A DNA stretch of 64,000 nt from a virus: the IMG/VR virus record IMGVR_UViG_3300045971_000895, positions 128,001-192,000 of that record; one strand, given 5' to 3'. The notes beneath the pieces are model-generated. The model did no database searches. It had not been told where the DNA came from and saw only the letters and a list, made by a program, of their open reading frames with translations. Position numbers and translations under genes: made by a program. Shown here piece after piece: positions 48,501 through 58,867 of this stretch. Numbering within the stretch: position 1 is the first letter of the stretch; every line of letters begins with the position of its first letter.

Positions 48501-51500
48501 TGGGAGTCCCTCCGCTGGCCCTCAGGGCAGCCCAGGCGTCACTGGTGCGACGGGTGCTCAGGGTCCACAAGGAGTAACGGGGGCAACAGGTCCCACTGGG
48601 CCTCAGGGCCCAACTGGCGCCGCCATCACTGGCGCTCAGGGTCTTCCCGGTGTCACCGGTGCTACGGGCACAACCGGAGCGCGAGGCGCGACCGGTGTCG
48701 ATGGTGTCACCGGCGCCACAGGTGTTCGCGGTGCCACTGGTGTGGACGGTGTGACCGGCGCGACGGGTCCTACGGGGGCTCGAGGTGCGACAGGCATCGA
48801 CGGAGTCACCGGGGCTACTGGCCCTCGTGGTGCAACCGGAGTCGATGGAGTCACAGGAGTCACGGGACCAACCGGCGCACGAGGTGCGACTGGCGTTCAA
48901 GGAGTCACTGGGGCTACTGGTCCTCAAGGGGCCACAGGCGTCGACGGCGTTACCGGATCAACGGGACCTCGAGGTGCGACCGGAGTGACTGGTGCGACAG
49001 GTCCTGTCGGTCCTCAAGGGCCTACGGGAGCGGCCATCACCGGCGCCATCGGGCCGCAGGGCCCGACAGGTGTGACCGGTGCTCGCGGCGCTGACGGCGT
49101 CACTGGCGCAACAGGTCCGACAGGGCCACAGGGTGTGCAGGGTCCTACTGGTGCGGCCATCACAGGAGCGCAAGGAATCCCCGGCACGACCGGAGCTACT
49201 GGCACAACTGGTGCGAGAGGCGCGACTGGCGTCGACGGTGTCACTGGTGCCACGGGGCCGACCGGACCGGTCGGTGCTCAGGGCGTGACGGGAGCTACCG
49301 GCCCAACAGGCGCACGGGGAGCGACGGGTGTTGATGGTGTGACGGGCTCGACAGGTCCTCGTGGCGCCACCGGCGTTGACGGAGTGACCGGAGCAACAGG
49401 CCCCACTGGTGCACGCGGGGCGACAGGCGTCGATGGAGTCACTGGGGTCACAGGCCCAACCGGTGCCCGCGGTGCAACGGGTATCACCGGTGCCACTGGT
49501 CCCATCGGCCCGCAGGGTGTGACTGGTGCGACTGGCCCGGTTGGCCCACAGGGGGCGACGGGCGCCACTGGTCCTGTTGGTCCGCAAGGCCCCACTGGTG
49601 CGGCGATCACTGGGGCTCAAGGCATCCAAGGGCCAACGGGTGCTGCGATCACGGGTGCGGTTGGTCCGCAAGGTGTCACCGGCGCTACTGGTGTGACTGG
49701 TGCTCGAGGTGCTGATGGCGTGACTGGTGTCACCGGCCCCGCCGGCGCCAGGGGCGCGACAGGCGTTGATGGTGTCACCGGCGTTACAGGTCCGACCGGA
49801 GCGCAAGGTGCCACTGGGCCTGGTGCGAACCCTGGCGGCATCACCGGCCAGATCCAGTTCAACGAAGGCCCGACCTTCAACGGCGACGTCGGCCTCACCT
49901 ACGACAAGGTGTCGAAGGCTCTCTTCGTCAGCACCATTGACGCTCTCCCCAACAACCCTCTCAGCCTGTTTGGGAGTGCGACGGCCGGAGCGACGAGCGG
50001 CGCCATCATCCTCACGCAGACCCCGGGCCTTACGGTCCCCGGGTCCAGGCTCTTCAGCCTCCGCAACAACAGCGCTGAGAGGTTCTACGTAGACGAAAGC
50101 GGCAGAACCTACGCAGCCGGCATGGAGGTATTCAAAACCAACGACGTGGTGATGAACACCAACCCGTTCGGTGGACGCAAGCTCTACCTCAACAGCATCA
50201 ACAATGCGCTCTTCCGTGCCGAGAGCCGCTGGGCCGTTACTGGGGCTCGGTACCTGACGAGCGACGACAGCCTTCTGTCTGCCATCTCGCAGGTGGAGCT
50301 CGCCACGCTCTTCGATGGCAACTACGAGGCGGTACTCAACATCCCCGCCGGCCAGTACATCATCGTCAACATCAACTTCGCCACCGAGCTCGGCTCCGGT
50401 GGCGTCTACCCCGGGTACCCGTACGGCAACTTCCTCGTCTCGCACTACTACACTGACTACTCTGCCGGGGGCACGGTCAGCGCGTACTCAACCTACGTGC
50501 CCCATGGCGTTGGGTGGCACTCGCAGACGTTCTACGACTACCTCCGAGTCGGCACCACCAACCTGATCCTTCAGGCGCGGAACGACGTCTACGCGATCTC
50601 TCAGCTGGAGTTCAAGTTCTCGGCGCTGCCAGGCACTGCGGCCAAAATCACCCAGATTGACTGGAACCTCGATCGCCCTGGCGGTAACGAGATGCCGCTG
50701 TTGGATAAGTTCAAGGCCAACATCCTGTACTCTCACTTGTCGTTTGAGAGCGGGCTTTCGACGACTGCTGTGATTTCGGTTGCCGGTGAGGGCCGCTTTG
50801 CTGCGCTGTACGGCGTCACTGGGTCGTTGCCGCTGCACGGTCAGGCCGTAGACGGAAGCTCTGCTGTTGGGGTGAGCGTCAACAACACGACTGCGCTCAC
50901 CACGGCTGGTGCGAAGCTCTTGTCTGTCCGCAACAACTACGTCGAGAAGTTCTACGTCGACAAGGATGGCAACTTCGGAGGCCCGAACGGCGTCTTCCGC
51001 GTTACGGAGACGCGCACTCTCCCGATCACTGTCGGGGACTATGTTTCGCTCGGCTCCGTTCAGGTCCCAAGCGGCGCACACCAGCTGATTGTTCAGCTTA
51101 CCGTGTCGAGCTCCGGGTTCTCCGTCGCGAAGCTCTACTTCGTCACTGCTGCCTACGGCCAGACGGGGAACGTTTGGAAGACTGTCGATCCCGTCGACGA
51201 CACGGGCCCGTTCTCGAACGACTTCGCGTTGGAGGTCAACACAGTCAACGCCTCACTCTTCCTGCGGGTGCGCCGTACTTCGGGAGCCGTTGCTGGAGTC
51301 GTCACGGCAGTCATGACGATCGGCGACTCCAACGTCGCTAGTTGGTTTACCGACTCCTCGACCGGGGGCACTGGGTCGGTGGCGACGGGCTACTTCGCCG
51401 GCGTTGCCTCCAAGATCCTGCGGAGCGGTCTTGCGGACTCAGGTTCGGCGGTCGCTGCGCTCATCGACACCACGGCGACGTTCACCACAGCTGGTGCGAA

Positions 51501-54500
51501 GCTCCTCTCCATCAGGAACGCGGGCATCGAGAAGGCCTACGTCGACAAGGACGGCAACTACTGGTCAAACGGCCAACAGATCAGCGTCACTGGCCCCACT
51601 GGCCCTCAGGGCGCCACCGGGGTCAACGGCGTCACTGGAGCAACTGGCCCAACAGGGCCTCAAGGCATCCAAGGCGTCACGGGAGTCACCGGTCCAACTG
51701 GTGCGCGTGGTGCTACCGGAGTTGATGGCGTCACCGGAGTGACTGGGCCTACCGGTGCACGAGGCGCCACTGGTGTTGATGGTGTCACGGGAGCAACCGG
51801 GCCAACAGGTGCTCGCGGCGCAACTGGTGTCACCGGAGCAACTGGCCCTGTTGGGCCGCAAGGAGTGACGGGCGCTACTGGCCCCGTCGGACCGCAGGGA
51901 CCTACCGGGGCAGCCATCACTGGAGCACAGGGCATCCAAGGTCCTACCGGAGCCGCCATCACTGGTGCTGTCGGGCCCCAAGGGCCTACCGGCGTCACGG
52001 GTGCGCGCGGTGCGGATGGTGTGACCGGGGCCACTGGGCCGACAGGTCCGGTTGGCGCACAAGGTGCGACAGGGTGGACAGGCCCCACCGGGGCGAGGGG
52101 TGCCACCGGTGTGGACGGCGTCACCGGCGTCACGGGCCCGACTGGCGCCCGCGGCGCCACCGGGGTCACCGGTGCCCAAGGCATCCAGGGCATCCAAGGC
52201 GTCACCGGGTCGACCGGCCCGCAGGGCGGGCAGGGCCTCCAGGGCGTCACTGGGGCCACGGGACCGACCGGACCCCAGGGCGCGCAAGGGGTGACAGGCG
52301 CAACGGGCCCCACGGGCCCGCAGGGCGCTCAGGGAGTGACCGGCTGGACCGGCCCGACGGGCGCCAGGGGCGCCACGGGCGTGGACGGTGTCACAGGTGT
52401 GACCGGACCCACCGGGGCCCGTGGTGCGACCGGCGTGACGGGTGCGCAGGGCATCCAAGGGAACCCCGGTGTCACCGGTGCGACAGGTCCTCAAGGCGCT
52501 CAGGGACCGACTGGTGCAGCCATCACTGGGCCGCAGGGTGTCACAGGAGCCACAGGGCCTGTCGGTTCACAGGGCCCGACAGGAGCTCTCGGCCCCACGG
52601 GAGCAGGCAGCTTCCCTGGAGGCGCGAACACTCAGGTCCAGTTCAACAACTCCGGCGCGTTCGGTGGATCTGCGAGCCTGTTCTGGAACGGCACCTCTCT
52701 CGTCGTAGGCACCTCTGCGGCAGGCTCCAGCCAGCTCTCAAGCGCCAACGCCTTCCAAGAGTACTGGTCTACGGAAGTGTACCCTCGCGTGTGGCTCTCC
52801 CGCGATGCAGGGTCGAGCGGCGTGGCCGGTCTGGCGTTCGGCATTGGCTCCGTTGCCCCGGACAGCAAGATCCATCGAGCCACCAACGGTGCTGGCCTCG
52901 CCTTGATGGGCGGCAACGTCGGCATCGGCACGACGACCCCTGGGTACAAGCTCGATGTGGCGGGTAACGCCAACATCAGCAACGGATCTTACTACTACGC
53001 TGGAGGCTTGCCGCTTTCGGCCGGCGCTGGTGCAGAAAACTACCTGTTCACCAGAACCAACGGCCTGCTGATCCGCAACGCAGGTGAGACCGCGACCCTT
53101 GGTGTCATCGACAACAGCGGTAATGCGTCGTTCATAGGGACGCTCTCCACAGGAGGCAACGCAGTCATTCATGCCGGTAACATCGGCACCCAGAGCGTCG
53201 CTAACGCAAACACTGTCGACTCGGTCCATTCGTCATCGCTCCGTCGTCTGGACTCGGACGGCTTCTTCTCTACCGGGACCTACCCAGGCAACCTGAACGG
53301 CTCTGACTACCAGTACACGTTCCAGTCTGCGCCACAGTCGATGATCGGGGATGCCTTCGCCTGGAACCCTCCCACGTCCTACGAGATATGGAATGGGTCT
53401 GCGTGGGTGTCCGGTGGCGCCGTACCAGTCGAGGTGTTCCGGGGAGACCCCGCCCAGAACTGGGGCAACGTATCCATCCCCTACGGGACGCAGAAGGTCC
53501 GCTTCACGTGGAACAACTTCGAGTACTTCTACTGGAACGCTCTCCAGATGGCCCACTCCACCAATGGGCACACCTTTGTCGTGAAGGTGCAGCAGAGCGA
53601 CGCAGCGGGAACGACGTTCACTGACACGGTCACCTCGGCCGCCATCGGCTCTTGGCCCGGGTATACGATCCTCCCTCACACGGGCGTTTCGCACCCCTCC
53701 AACACACTTCACGCTCGGATCGAGATCACCCCGACGTGGAATGGTACCTACCCTTCCAACACCATCGGCATCGGGCACATCGGCCTGCTGGGCGCGTATG
53801 GCCCGATGAGGAAGCTCTACACTTGGGACGCAGCTCGAAACATCTATCTCCAATCAAGCCTTGTCATCGACCCCACCGGCACCAGCGGCATCTACATCAA
53901 CTCCGCTAGCATCCGGCGGTCAGGGAACTCGTACCTCGATATCTCTGCCCCAGACGCTGGAGGACGCCTTAGACTTCGTGGCGCTTCAGGCGTTGGCATA
54001 TACAACGGCACAAACGACTACGATGTAATCCACGCGGGCAACATCGCGTCGCAGACCGTCGCCAGTGCCACCAACGTGACGTCAGTCGCTGACACTACGA
54101 CGACCAGTGGATTCTTACTCTTCCACCCCGGGAGCGGGACCTACCAGCCCAGACTGAGCGCGGCGCTATACTACGACGCTACTACTGGGTCTCTGTTCTC
54201 TACGAAGTTCTTCGGGAACGCTTCCGGGCTTACGGGTTCGGCGGGCAGTCTAACTGCCGGCGCGACCACGAATGTAACCGCTGGTGGGTCCGTCACCACT
54301 ACCACCATAAGCGCCCTGGTCGCGGGTGGAGCCTTAGACCCGTACGGCGCAGTCGCCATCGCGGCACCCAACGACGCTACCAGCCACTCCTACATGTCGT
54401 TCACTAGGAACGCGCAGGTAGGTATTGGGTTTGGTATCACGAGCTCAAATGAGTACTGGGTTGGGCCAGCCACGGCGGGCTTCGCCGGGGTGATGAGTGG

Positions 54501-55209
54501 TACGCCCTGGCTGCGTCTGAACGGCACTACTGCCCAGATCAACGGCAATAACATCATTCACGCCGGAAACATCGCCTCTCAGACCGCGGGTACCGCTACC
54601 AACGCCGTCAACGTTGGGGTCACCGACGACACGACGACCAACGCTACTCACTACATAACGTTCGTGAACACGGCCTCGGGCAACCGTGCGATCGAGGTCA
54701 GCAGCAGCAAGCTGACGTACAACCCGTCGACCGGTGGTCTCACCACCGCCGGCAACATCACCGGCAGCGACATCTATGCCATCCGTGCGAGCAATACGGC
54801 TTCAGGCGTCATCTACTTCGGCAACAGCGGCGCCCAGTACCTCTTCTACAACGGTGCTGGCGCATACAGCCTGACAAGCGGAACTCTGACCGTTGGTGGC
54901 ATCGTCTACGCCACCGACTTCTCGGCATCTTCCGACTACAGGCTGAAGGACAACATCGCCACCATCCCCAACGCGCTGCGCCGTGTTCTTGGGATGCGCG
55001 GAGTGAACTTCACACGCGCTGACGACGAGAGTAACCGTTTGCACATGGGCGTCATCGCGCAAGAGATGGAAGAGATCGCACCCGAGGTCGTCAGCACCGA
55101 CGAGCATGGTATGAAGTCCGTCAGCTACACAGGGCTGGTGGGCATCCTGATCGAAGCGGTCAAGGAACTTCAAACCAAGGTCGAGGCGCTCCAAGCGCAG
55201 AAGGTGTGA
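45598..55209 (+). CDS. giant collagen-like tail fibre (3203 aa) with C-terminal peptidase S74 intramolecular-chaperone domain
   Basis: Three Gly-X-Y segments (about 110, 550 and 340 aa) separated by beta-rich modules. The C-terminus '[55 protein letters not shown]...[17 protein letters not shown]' matches the auto-cleaving chaperone domain of endosialidase-type fibres. Confidence 0.82.
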   Translation: MALRRFLFQNLGAGSGFFDQNQDSDEVQVARVTIVAGVGGVGLALGLTDISGARDISARFVSFTTGVTGGVAIDAGGLRITNLALVPTGPSEAVSMQFVVDAIAGMTGVGATGATGPAGQQGPTGAAITGATGPQGSPGPTGQQGLQGVTGATGPVGPQGPTGAAITGVAGPQGATGVTGARGADGVTGATGPQGPQGVTGFTGPLGPQGVDGVTGPQGPTGAGSYPGGTTGQLQYFNAGSFGGATNITFENGSLVLKADGVHPILVIKNSSGVTVGGWDASAGHLSTTFLDPVASLRTGHDGYFEQGGFFFDSSLTATTGIAADVLVLDTAAALRTKKATTALEIPLGVAGQFNAPTWMLTSGKASVTADTAAVAIGDRIVMSPTLIGAVTPDNTWDLAKPMLGYALSSKAGGSSGAITIWLAQQAGIPSLNYSGTLVSTNNITAPTFLGNVTGTGPSSLGPLSVTGAATADQPTFGPELLSATGWTSVGWTGGPWPTGFAHTAGNTSVLSNTLAAVIGTKYHITFAVTGRTVGTFDLQFGGQTIPLLFSSTTVNLGDANGYGSVDPTATTTGGLTITPTTDFNGTITLSIKAITAVSTPVFKLLSSTWGVQVEVRVNTVESGTNIASMFIGQDSGSYATTGFNNTFLGNAAGMNLTSGHDNCGQGNLALKALTVGFGNSAFGSYALRQIIASKYNTAMGTGALRLLTSGYGNTGVGFSALYSNTTSIYSSALGVSSGRYLVDGITELTDSSYSVFLGYKSMSFAQAQTNEIVIGALALGNGSNTATLGNDSVTKTYLKGVLTSLVVDSAAAVAHAINSPAYSTAGAKLLSIRNNGVEKFYVDKDGNAYSNGVLLGATGPAGATGAQGVTGAQGIQGVTGATGPTGPQGATGPLGATGVQGIQGVTGSTGPAGAQGATGLQGIQGVTGATGPTGPKGDTGAAITGAQGATGVQGPQGITGVTGPMGPGSPSAGPQGSPGVTGATGAQGPQGVTGATGPTGPQGPTGAAITGAQGLPGVTGATGTTGARGATGVDGVTGATGVRGATGVDGVTGATGPTGARGATGIDGVTGATGPRGATGVDGVTGVTGPTGARGATGVQGVTGATGPQGATGVDGVTGSTGPRGATGVTGATGPVGPQGPTGAAITGAIGPQGPTGVTGARGADGVTGATGPTGPQGVQGPTGAAITGAQGIPGTTGATGTTGARGATGVDGVTGATGPTGPVGAQGVTGATGPTGARGATGVDGVTGSTGPRGATGVDGVTGATGPTGARGATGVDGVTGVTGPTGARGATGITGATGPIGPQGVTGATGPVGPQGATGATGPVGPQGPTGAAITGAQGIQGPTGAAITGAVGPQGVTGATGVTGARGADGVTGVTGPAGARGATGVDGVTGVTGPTGAQGATGPGANPGGITGQIQFNEGPTFNGDVGLTYDKVSKALFVSTIDALPNNPLSLFGSATAGATSGAIILTQTPGLTVPGSRLFSLRNNSAERFYVDESGRTYAAGMEVFKTNDVVMNTNPFGGRKLYLNSINNALFRAESRWAVTGARYLTSDDSLLSAISQVELATLFDGNYEAVLNIPAGQYIIVNINFATELGSGGVYPGYPYGNFLVSHYYTDYSAGGTVSAYSTYVPHGVGWHSQTFYDYLRVGTTNLILQARNDVYAISQLEFKFSALPGTAAKITQIDWNLDRPGGNEMPLLDKFKANILYSHLSFESGLSTTAVISVAGEGRFAALYGVTGSLPLHGQAVDGSSAVGVSVNNTTALTTAGAKLLSVRNNYVEKFYVDKDGNFGGPNGVFRVTETRTLPITVGDYVSLGSVQVPSGAHQLIVQLTVSSSGFSVAKLYFVTAAYGQTGNVWKTVDPVDDTGPFSNDFALEVNTVNASLFLRVRRTSGAVAGVVTAVMTIGDSNVASWFTDSSTGGTGSVATGYFAGVASKILRSGLADSGSAVAALIDTTATFTTAGAKLLSIRNAGIEKAYVDKDGNYWSNGQQISVTGPTGPQGATGVNGVTGATGPTGPQGIQGVTGVTGPTGARGATGVDGVTGVTGPTGARGATGVDGVTGATGPTGARGATGVTGATGPVGPQGVTGATGPVGPQGPTGAAITGAQGIQGPTGAAITGAVGPQGPTGVTGARGADGVTGATGPTGPVGAQGATGWTGPTGARGATGVDGVTGVTGPTGARGATGVTGAQGIQGIQGVTGSTGPQGGQGLQGVTGATGPTGPQGAQGVTGATGPTGPQGAQGVTGWTGPTGARGATGVDGVTGVTGPTGARGATGVTGAQGIQGNPGVTGATGPQGAQGPTGAAITGPQGVTGATGPVGSQGPTGALGPTGAGSFPGGANTQVQFNNSGAFGGSASLFWNGTSLVVGTSAAGSSQLSSANAFQEYWSTEVYPRVWLSRDAGSSGVAGLAFGIGSVAPDSKIHRATNGAGLALMGGNVGIGTTTPGYKLDVAGNANISNGSYYYAGGLPLSAGAGAENYLFTRTNGLLIRNAGETATLGVIDNSGNASFIGTLSTGGNAVIHAGNIGTQSVANANTVDSVHSSSLRRLDSDGFFSTGTYPGNLNGSDYQYTFQSAPQSMIGDAFAWNPPTSYEIWNGSAWVSGGAVPVEVFRGDPAQNWGNVSIPYGTQKVRFTWNNFEYFYWNALQMAHSTNGHTFVVKVQQSDAAGTTFTDTVTSAAIGSWPGYTILPHTGVSHPSNTLHARIEITPTWNGTYPSNTIGIGHIGLLGAYGPMRKLYTWDAARNIYLQSSLVIDPTGTSGIYINSASIRRSGNSYLDISAPDAGGRLRLRGASGVGIYNGTNDYDVIHAGNIASQTVASATNVTSVADTTTTSGFLLFHPGSGTYQPRLSAALYYDATTGSLFSTKFFGNASGLTGSAGSLTAGATTNVTAGGSVTTTTISALVAGGALDPYGAVAIAAPNDATSHSYMSFTRNAQVGIGFGITSSNEYWVGPATAGFAGVMSGTPWLRLNGTTAQINGNNIIHAGNIASQTAGTATNAVNVGVTDDTTTNATHYITFVNTASGNRAIEVSSSKLTYNPSTGGLTTAGNITGSDIYAIRASNTASGVIYFGNSGAQYLFYNGAGAYSLTSGTLTVGGIVYATDFSASSDYRLKDNIATIPNALRRVLGMRGVNFTRADDESNRLHMGVIAQEMEEIAPEVVSTDEHGMKSVSYTGLVGILIEAVKELQTKVEALQAQKV
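48170..49830 (+). repeat. collagen-like GXY coding repeat (9-nt periodicity, 'GgtGcgACnGGn' units)
   Basis: Hundreds of near-identical '[13 protein letters not shown]' triplets. Shorter copies at 45920..46270 and 51590..52610. Confidence 0.85.
51590..52610 (+). repeat. collagen-like GXY coding repeat (third segment)
   Basis: Same unit as above. Prone to recombination and length variation. Confidence 0.85.
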
Positions 55210-55210
55210 C

Positions 55211-56338
55211 ATGAGCGGCAAGCGCGAGTTCCACATGGACTTGAACTTGACCAACCAGTGCAACCTTCGCTGCTCCTACTGCGTTGAGGCTGGGCTGTTC
55301 ACCTCCAAGACCTGCGAGGAGATGCTCCCTCGCTTCTACGCTTGGATCGACCGGTTCATCGGCTCCCAGTACTTCAAGGAGCGCTACGACGAGCTCCACA
55401 TCGCACTGTGGGGCGGAGAGCCGACGCTCGAGTGGCGAACCATCATCGAGTTGGTGCGGCGCTACCTCGGAGACAACCGGGTCGCGTTCTTCCTGTACAC
55501 GAACGGCTACAACCACCCCAAGGGTCTTCAAGACCTTCTGGTGGACGCCACCAACAAGCACCGAGAGCAGCCCGACAAGTACCCAGCCTTCCCCATCCAG
55601 ATCTCGTACGACGGCATGCCCCTACAAGACATGTTCCGCAAGACGGTCGGAGGCAAGCCGTCTTCGGAGCGCGTCATCGAGACCATCCGGTGGGCGCAGG
55701 CCAAGGGATTGGACTTCAGCCTCAAGGCCACGATCACCGTGGCGTCATTGAAGCACCTCTACGCAGCCTGGCATGACATCAACATCCTTGGCCGAGGCGA
55801 GCTCACTTACTTCCCCACACTCGACTACTACAACGCGGTGATCAGCGACGATACGGCTGTCCTCGACACCAGCATCGAGGAGATGAAGACCTGCATGAAG
55901 ATGATCGCCGCCGACACGCTCAGGGCTCGAGCGGCAGGGAAGCAGGTGGCGCACTTCAGGTGGTTCGACTCTGCGAAGGCCAGCTGCTCGGCGGGACAGA
56001 ACCTGTTCAGCGTGGACCTCGATGGTGTGGTGTACGCCTGTCACACCGCCCCCTACTCCGAGAAGAAGGCCGACCATGTCGTTGGGGCTCTGGAGGACGA
56101 CTTCTCGATCTTCGACGTATCTGCTGAGAAGCATCGCGGCCTCCGTCCGCACCAGTGCTCTGGCTGCGAGGCGGTCTTCTGCGTGGTGTGCAGCGTGTCG
56201 AAGTATCGGATGTCGGACAAGGACAACTACCTCGACCGGTGGATGGACTACACCAACGACGATGAGTCCTGCCGCATCTACCGAGAGATGGGCAAAGTCA
56301 CTCGTGCGTTCCTTCAGCTCAAGGAGGAGATCAAGTGA
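55211..56338 (+). CDS. radical SAM enzyme with C-terminal SPASM/twitch-like Cys cluster (peptide/protein-modifying maturase)
   Basis: 'CNLRCSYC' is CxxxCxxC 18 residues from the N-terminus. The C-terminal cluster is 'YACH...QCSGCEAVFCVVCSV...ESC'. The start is 2 nt after the fibre stop. Confidence 0.8.
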   Translation: MSGKREFHMDLNLTNQCNLRCSYCVEAGLFTSKTCEEMLPRFYAWIDRFIGSQYFKERYDELHIALWGGEPTLEWRTIIELVRRYLGDNRVAFFLYTNGYNHPKGLQDLLVDATNKHREQPDKYPAFPIQISYDGMPLQDMFRKTVGGKPSSERVIETIRWAQAKGLDFSLKATITVASLKHLYAAWHDINILGRGELTYFPTLDYYNAVISDDTAVLDTSIEEMKTCMKMIAADTLRARAAGKQVAHFRWFDSAKASCSAGQNLFSVDLDGVVYACHTAPYSEKKADHVVGALEDDFSIFDVSAEKHRGLRPHQCSGCEAVFCVVCSVSKYRMSDKDNYLDRWMDYTNDDESCRIYREMGKVTRAFLQLKEEIK

Positions 56339-56997
56339 GCTTCATGGGGAACACGTACTACCCACTGGCCGATCGCATCAGCTACGGAGACGTGGAGTCT
56401 GCGCTTGCCGACCTCGAGGCTCTGGACGCTCCAGAGAGCCACACTGACTTGCTGGCCCTGCACAGGTGGTTCCAGGTCAGCACGGGGAAGCTGCGCTGCT
56501 ACACCAAGCTGAAGCGCCTCGAGGATGCTCGGGCCATCGCGTCTCGTATGATCTCTGTGAGCCCAGAGAACATGGCCGCCATGGTGGGCGACTACCCGGT
56601 GGCGGGCTTCTCTGCTGCCCTGATTCAGTTCATGCGTTTGGTAGATCAGGGGAACTTCATGACCAACCCTGCGCTACAGCCTTACCGAGACTTCTTGGAT
56701 CTCAACCTTGCCGTAGACGGGAATCGCCACGGTGCTCGCGTGTACGCTCTGTACAAGCTCGGAGTCGATGCTGCTTGGAACATGCGCCAGGACGAGCCCG
56801 CGATGGGGCCCACGCTTGCCCTGCTGGACGCCTTGACCCCAGACAACATCAGCCTTCTTCAGGTTGGGCACATGAGCCTACTGTTCTTTGCGGTCCACAT
56901 GCTGTCGGTACTGACCGGCCATCTACCTCCAGAGTCCGAGGTGGTTGCTCGAGTCAAGGCCCTAACGGAGACCGTGCTCGCGCTCCCGCGCGGGTAA
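56335..56997 (+). CDS. all-helical partner protein of rSAM cassette (220 aa)
   Basis: GTG/ATG start overlapping the rSAM stop (GTGA). No motif recognised. Helical repeat-like composition. Confidence 0.5.
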   Translation: MSFMGNTYYPLADRISYGDVESALADLEALDAPESHTDLLALHRWFQVSTGKLRCYTKLKRLEDARAIASRMISVSPENMAAMVGDYPVAGFSAALIQFMRLVDQGNFMTNPALQPYRDFLDLNLAVDGNRHGARVYALYKLGVDAAWNMRQDEPAMGPTLALLDALTPDNISLLQVGHMSLLFFAVHMLSVLTGHLPPESEVVARVKALTETVLALPRG

Positions 56998-57003
56998 CTG
57001 ACC

Positions 57004-57678
57004 ATGGCGATCATCCCATCGTTGCCGCCCATCGTCCTCAGAGGCTCGACCAGCATCGCCACCAATGCGGTGAGCGTGAACATCTACGGCACGCCAACTA
57101 ACCTGACCCTCACCGCGACCATCGTTCGTACGCTCTTCGCCAAGCTGACTGGGACGATCAATCTCTTGGATGGAAGGGGTAAGTGCTACTCCAACTGCCT
57201 GTGCAACGGCGATTGCGGCTGCGACGCCAACTGCGGCTGCGACGCCAACCTGTGCGGCTGCGACGCGTTCTGCCCGGCTCCTGATGTCCCACTGCGTATG
57301 GCGGATGGGACCGAGAAGCTCGCTGGCGACATCGTGGTCGGAGACCTGGTGGTGGCTTGGGATGAGCACGCAGGAGAGTTCTCTACTCGCAAGGTCATCC
57401 ACGCATCACTCCACTCCAACCTCCGAATGCTCCTCGAGCTCAACAACGGGAAGTCCGGAGAGTTCGCAGCCAACCACAGGTTCCTCACGCAGAAGGGCCG
57501 TTGGGTCGAGCTTCAAGATCTCCATGTTGGTGAGAGGCTCTCGACGGGGCTGCTGGTCACCAAGACGGCGCTCACCTGCATCGGCCCCGTCGTGTCCATC
57601 ACCGTCGAGGACCTGCACACCTACGTCACCCTCGGCGTCATCTCTCACAACGTCAAGAACTGTCCGCCAGGAGTCTAG
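57004..57678 (+). CDS. Cys-rich (CxC-repeat) peptide fused to Hint/intein-like (BIL-type) autoprocessing domain
   Basis: Residues ~60-90 are 'CYSNCLCNGDCGCDANCGCDANLCGCDAFC'. Hint block A is 'CPAPDVPLRMADGTEKLAGDIVVGDLVV'. Block B is 'ANHRFLTQKGRWVELQDLHVGERL' (compare 'TANHRFLT' in the DnaB mini-intein). The C-terminal block is 'VEDLHTYVTLGVISHN', followed by 'VKNCPPGV' with no Cys/Ser/Thr at +1. Confidence 0.75.
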   Translation: MAIIPSLPPIVLRGSTSIATNAVSVNIYGTPTNLTLTATIVRTLFAKLTGTINLLDGRGKCYSNCLCNGDCGCDANCGCDANLCGCDAFCPAPDVPLRMADGTEKLAGDIVVGDLVVAWDEHAGEFSTRKVIHASLHSNLRMLLELNNGKSGEFAANHRFLTQKGRWVELQDLHVGERLSTGLLVTKTALTCIGPVVSITVEDLHTYVTLGVISHNVKNCPPGV

Positions 57679-57681
57679 GGC

Positions 57682-57975
57682 ATGTACACATCGCTCACGA
57701 ACGACGACCTCTCCGCAGAGTCCCTCTCAACACTGTCTCCCAAGGACAGGGCCTATGTGGAGGCCGCGGTGCTCATCATCGCAGCCAAGGAGTTGATTGC
57801 ATCCCACGAGCCTCTCTATGGTGAGATGCTGAGCGTTCAGGCACACCACCTGCTCGGGCCTCTGCGGAAGAAGAAGACAGAGGACGCAGCAGCAACAGCG
57901 GCCAGGCTGAAGAGCGAAGTAGACGACATCGCGAAGGACATCCAGCGGTTCACCATCGAAGGGAGCAAGAGATGA
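57682..57975 (+). CDS. hypothetical protein (97 aa)
   Basis: ORF. Confidence 0.45.
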   Translation: MYTSLTNDDLSAESLSTLSPKDRAYVEAAVLIIAAKELIASHEPLYGEMLSVQAHHLLGPLRKKKTEDAAATAARLKSEVDDIAKDIQRFTIEGSKR

Positions 57976-58127
57976 ACAACACCAACGATACCCAGAAGCC
58001 CGAAGTCACCGGCGGCACCTCCACGAAGACCGGCTGGGCCGGCGTGCCTGCCACCACCAAGTACATCGTGATCGGCGTGGGGGCATTCCTCCTCCTCGCC
58101 GCGCTGATGGCGCTGAAGTTCCGGTAG
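57972..58127 (+). CDS. tiny single-pass membrane protein (51 aa), holin-like candidate
   Basis: 'MNNTNDTQKPEVTGGTSTKTGWAGVPATTKYIVIGVGAFLLLAALMALKFR'. ATGA overlap with the upstream gene. Confidence 0.35.
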   Translation: MNNTNDTQKPEVTGGTSTKTGWAGVPATTKYIVIGVGAFLLLAALMALKFR

Positions 58128-58151
58128 CCACCAAGCCTGATAGGTAAGAAA

Positions 58152-58189
58152 GAAGAGGGTCCCCAGGCAATCACCCGGGGACCCTCTTC
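58152..58189. terminator. bidirectional GC hairpin terminator preceded by 'TGATAGGTAAGAAA'
   Basis: agagggtcccc...ggggaccctct between convergent genes. Confidence 0.6.
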
Positions 58190-58218
58190 ACGCGAACGAG
58201 TCCGCTCTCGCGGCTCGT

Positions 58219-58773
58219 CTAGTTCATCGCCACCATCAACACCTTGGCCTGCTTCCGGTATCTCTCGATCCGGGTGCTGTACACAAGCCTGAGCTCGGTG
58301 TCCGCGGTGTTGTAGAACGAGTACCCCAGGCTCTCTGGGTGGCGGTCGAGTACGTCACGAAGGATCTTCGCTGCGATGCGCAGGTTGTATCCATCGTCGC
58401 TACGCAGCCTCTTGGCGTCGAGCTCGAGCTCGTCCACCCAGAATGAGTTCACCTGTGCGAGGCCATAGTCACAGGTACGGCGGCCACTGGCGTTATAGCA
58501 GCTCTTGGCGCCGGTCTTGAAGTGACTCTCTTGGCGCACGATGGCACCGAACAGAGCCACGTCGATCTTGAACTCGTTGGCCACCTCTTCGACCAGACGA
58601 GCGATGCGCTCAGCTTCGGGTGCGCTGAGGTGAGGGTTTGACGTCTTCACGAAGGTGAGCAGCTTCGGTGTGGGCAGCGGTGCTGGTAGAGCCGGCGGCA
58701 GCTGGGTGTCACTCGTCTTCAGCGGCGAGATGCACGCCGTGAACAGAGCAGCAGACAGAAGTAGTCGTCTCAC
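58219..58773 (-). CDS. lytic transglycosylase (SLT domain) lipoprotein
   Basis: 'QESHFKTGAKS...DYGLAQVN' SLT catalytic-Glu motif. Signal peptide plus lipobox-like 'ALFTAC'. GTG start after AGGAGG. Confidence 0.72.
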   Translation of the reverse strand: MRRLLLSAALFTACISPLKTSDTQLPPALPAPLPTPKLLTFVKTSNPHLSAPEAERIARLVEEVANEFKIDVALFGAIVRQESHFKTGAKSCYNASGRRTCDYGLAQVNSFWVDELELDAKRLRSDDGYNLRIAAKILRDVLDRHPESLGYSFYNTADTELRLVYSTRIERYRKQAKVLMVAMN

Positions 58774-58867
58774 TCGAGCCTCCTTTCAGAGGTTGAGTTC
58801 TTACCTTACGGTGAGTGATGGTGAGTGCACAGATTGCAGTTGCGTACCATGTGCGTGGTACTTGAAG

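Noticed and set aside
48170-49830. Possible CRISPR array or tandem-repeat locus
   Set aside because: The periodicity is 9 nt inside an intact reading frame encoding Gly-X-Y. It is a collagen-like coding repeat, not repeat-spacer architecture.
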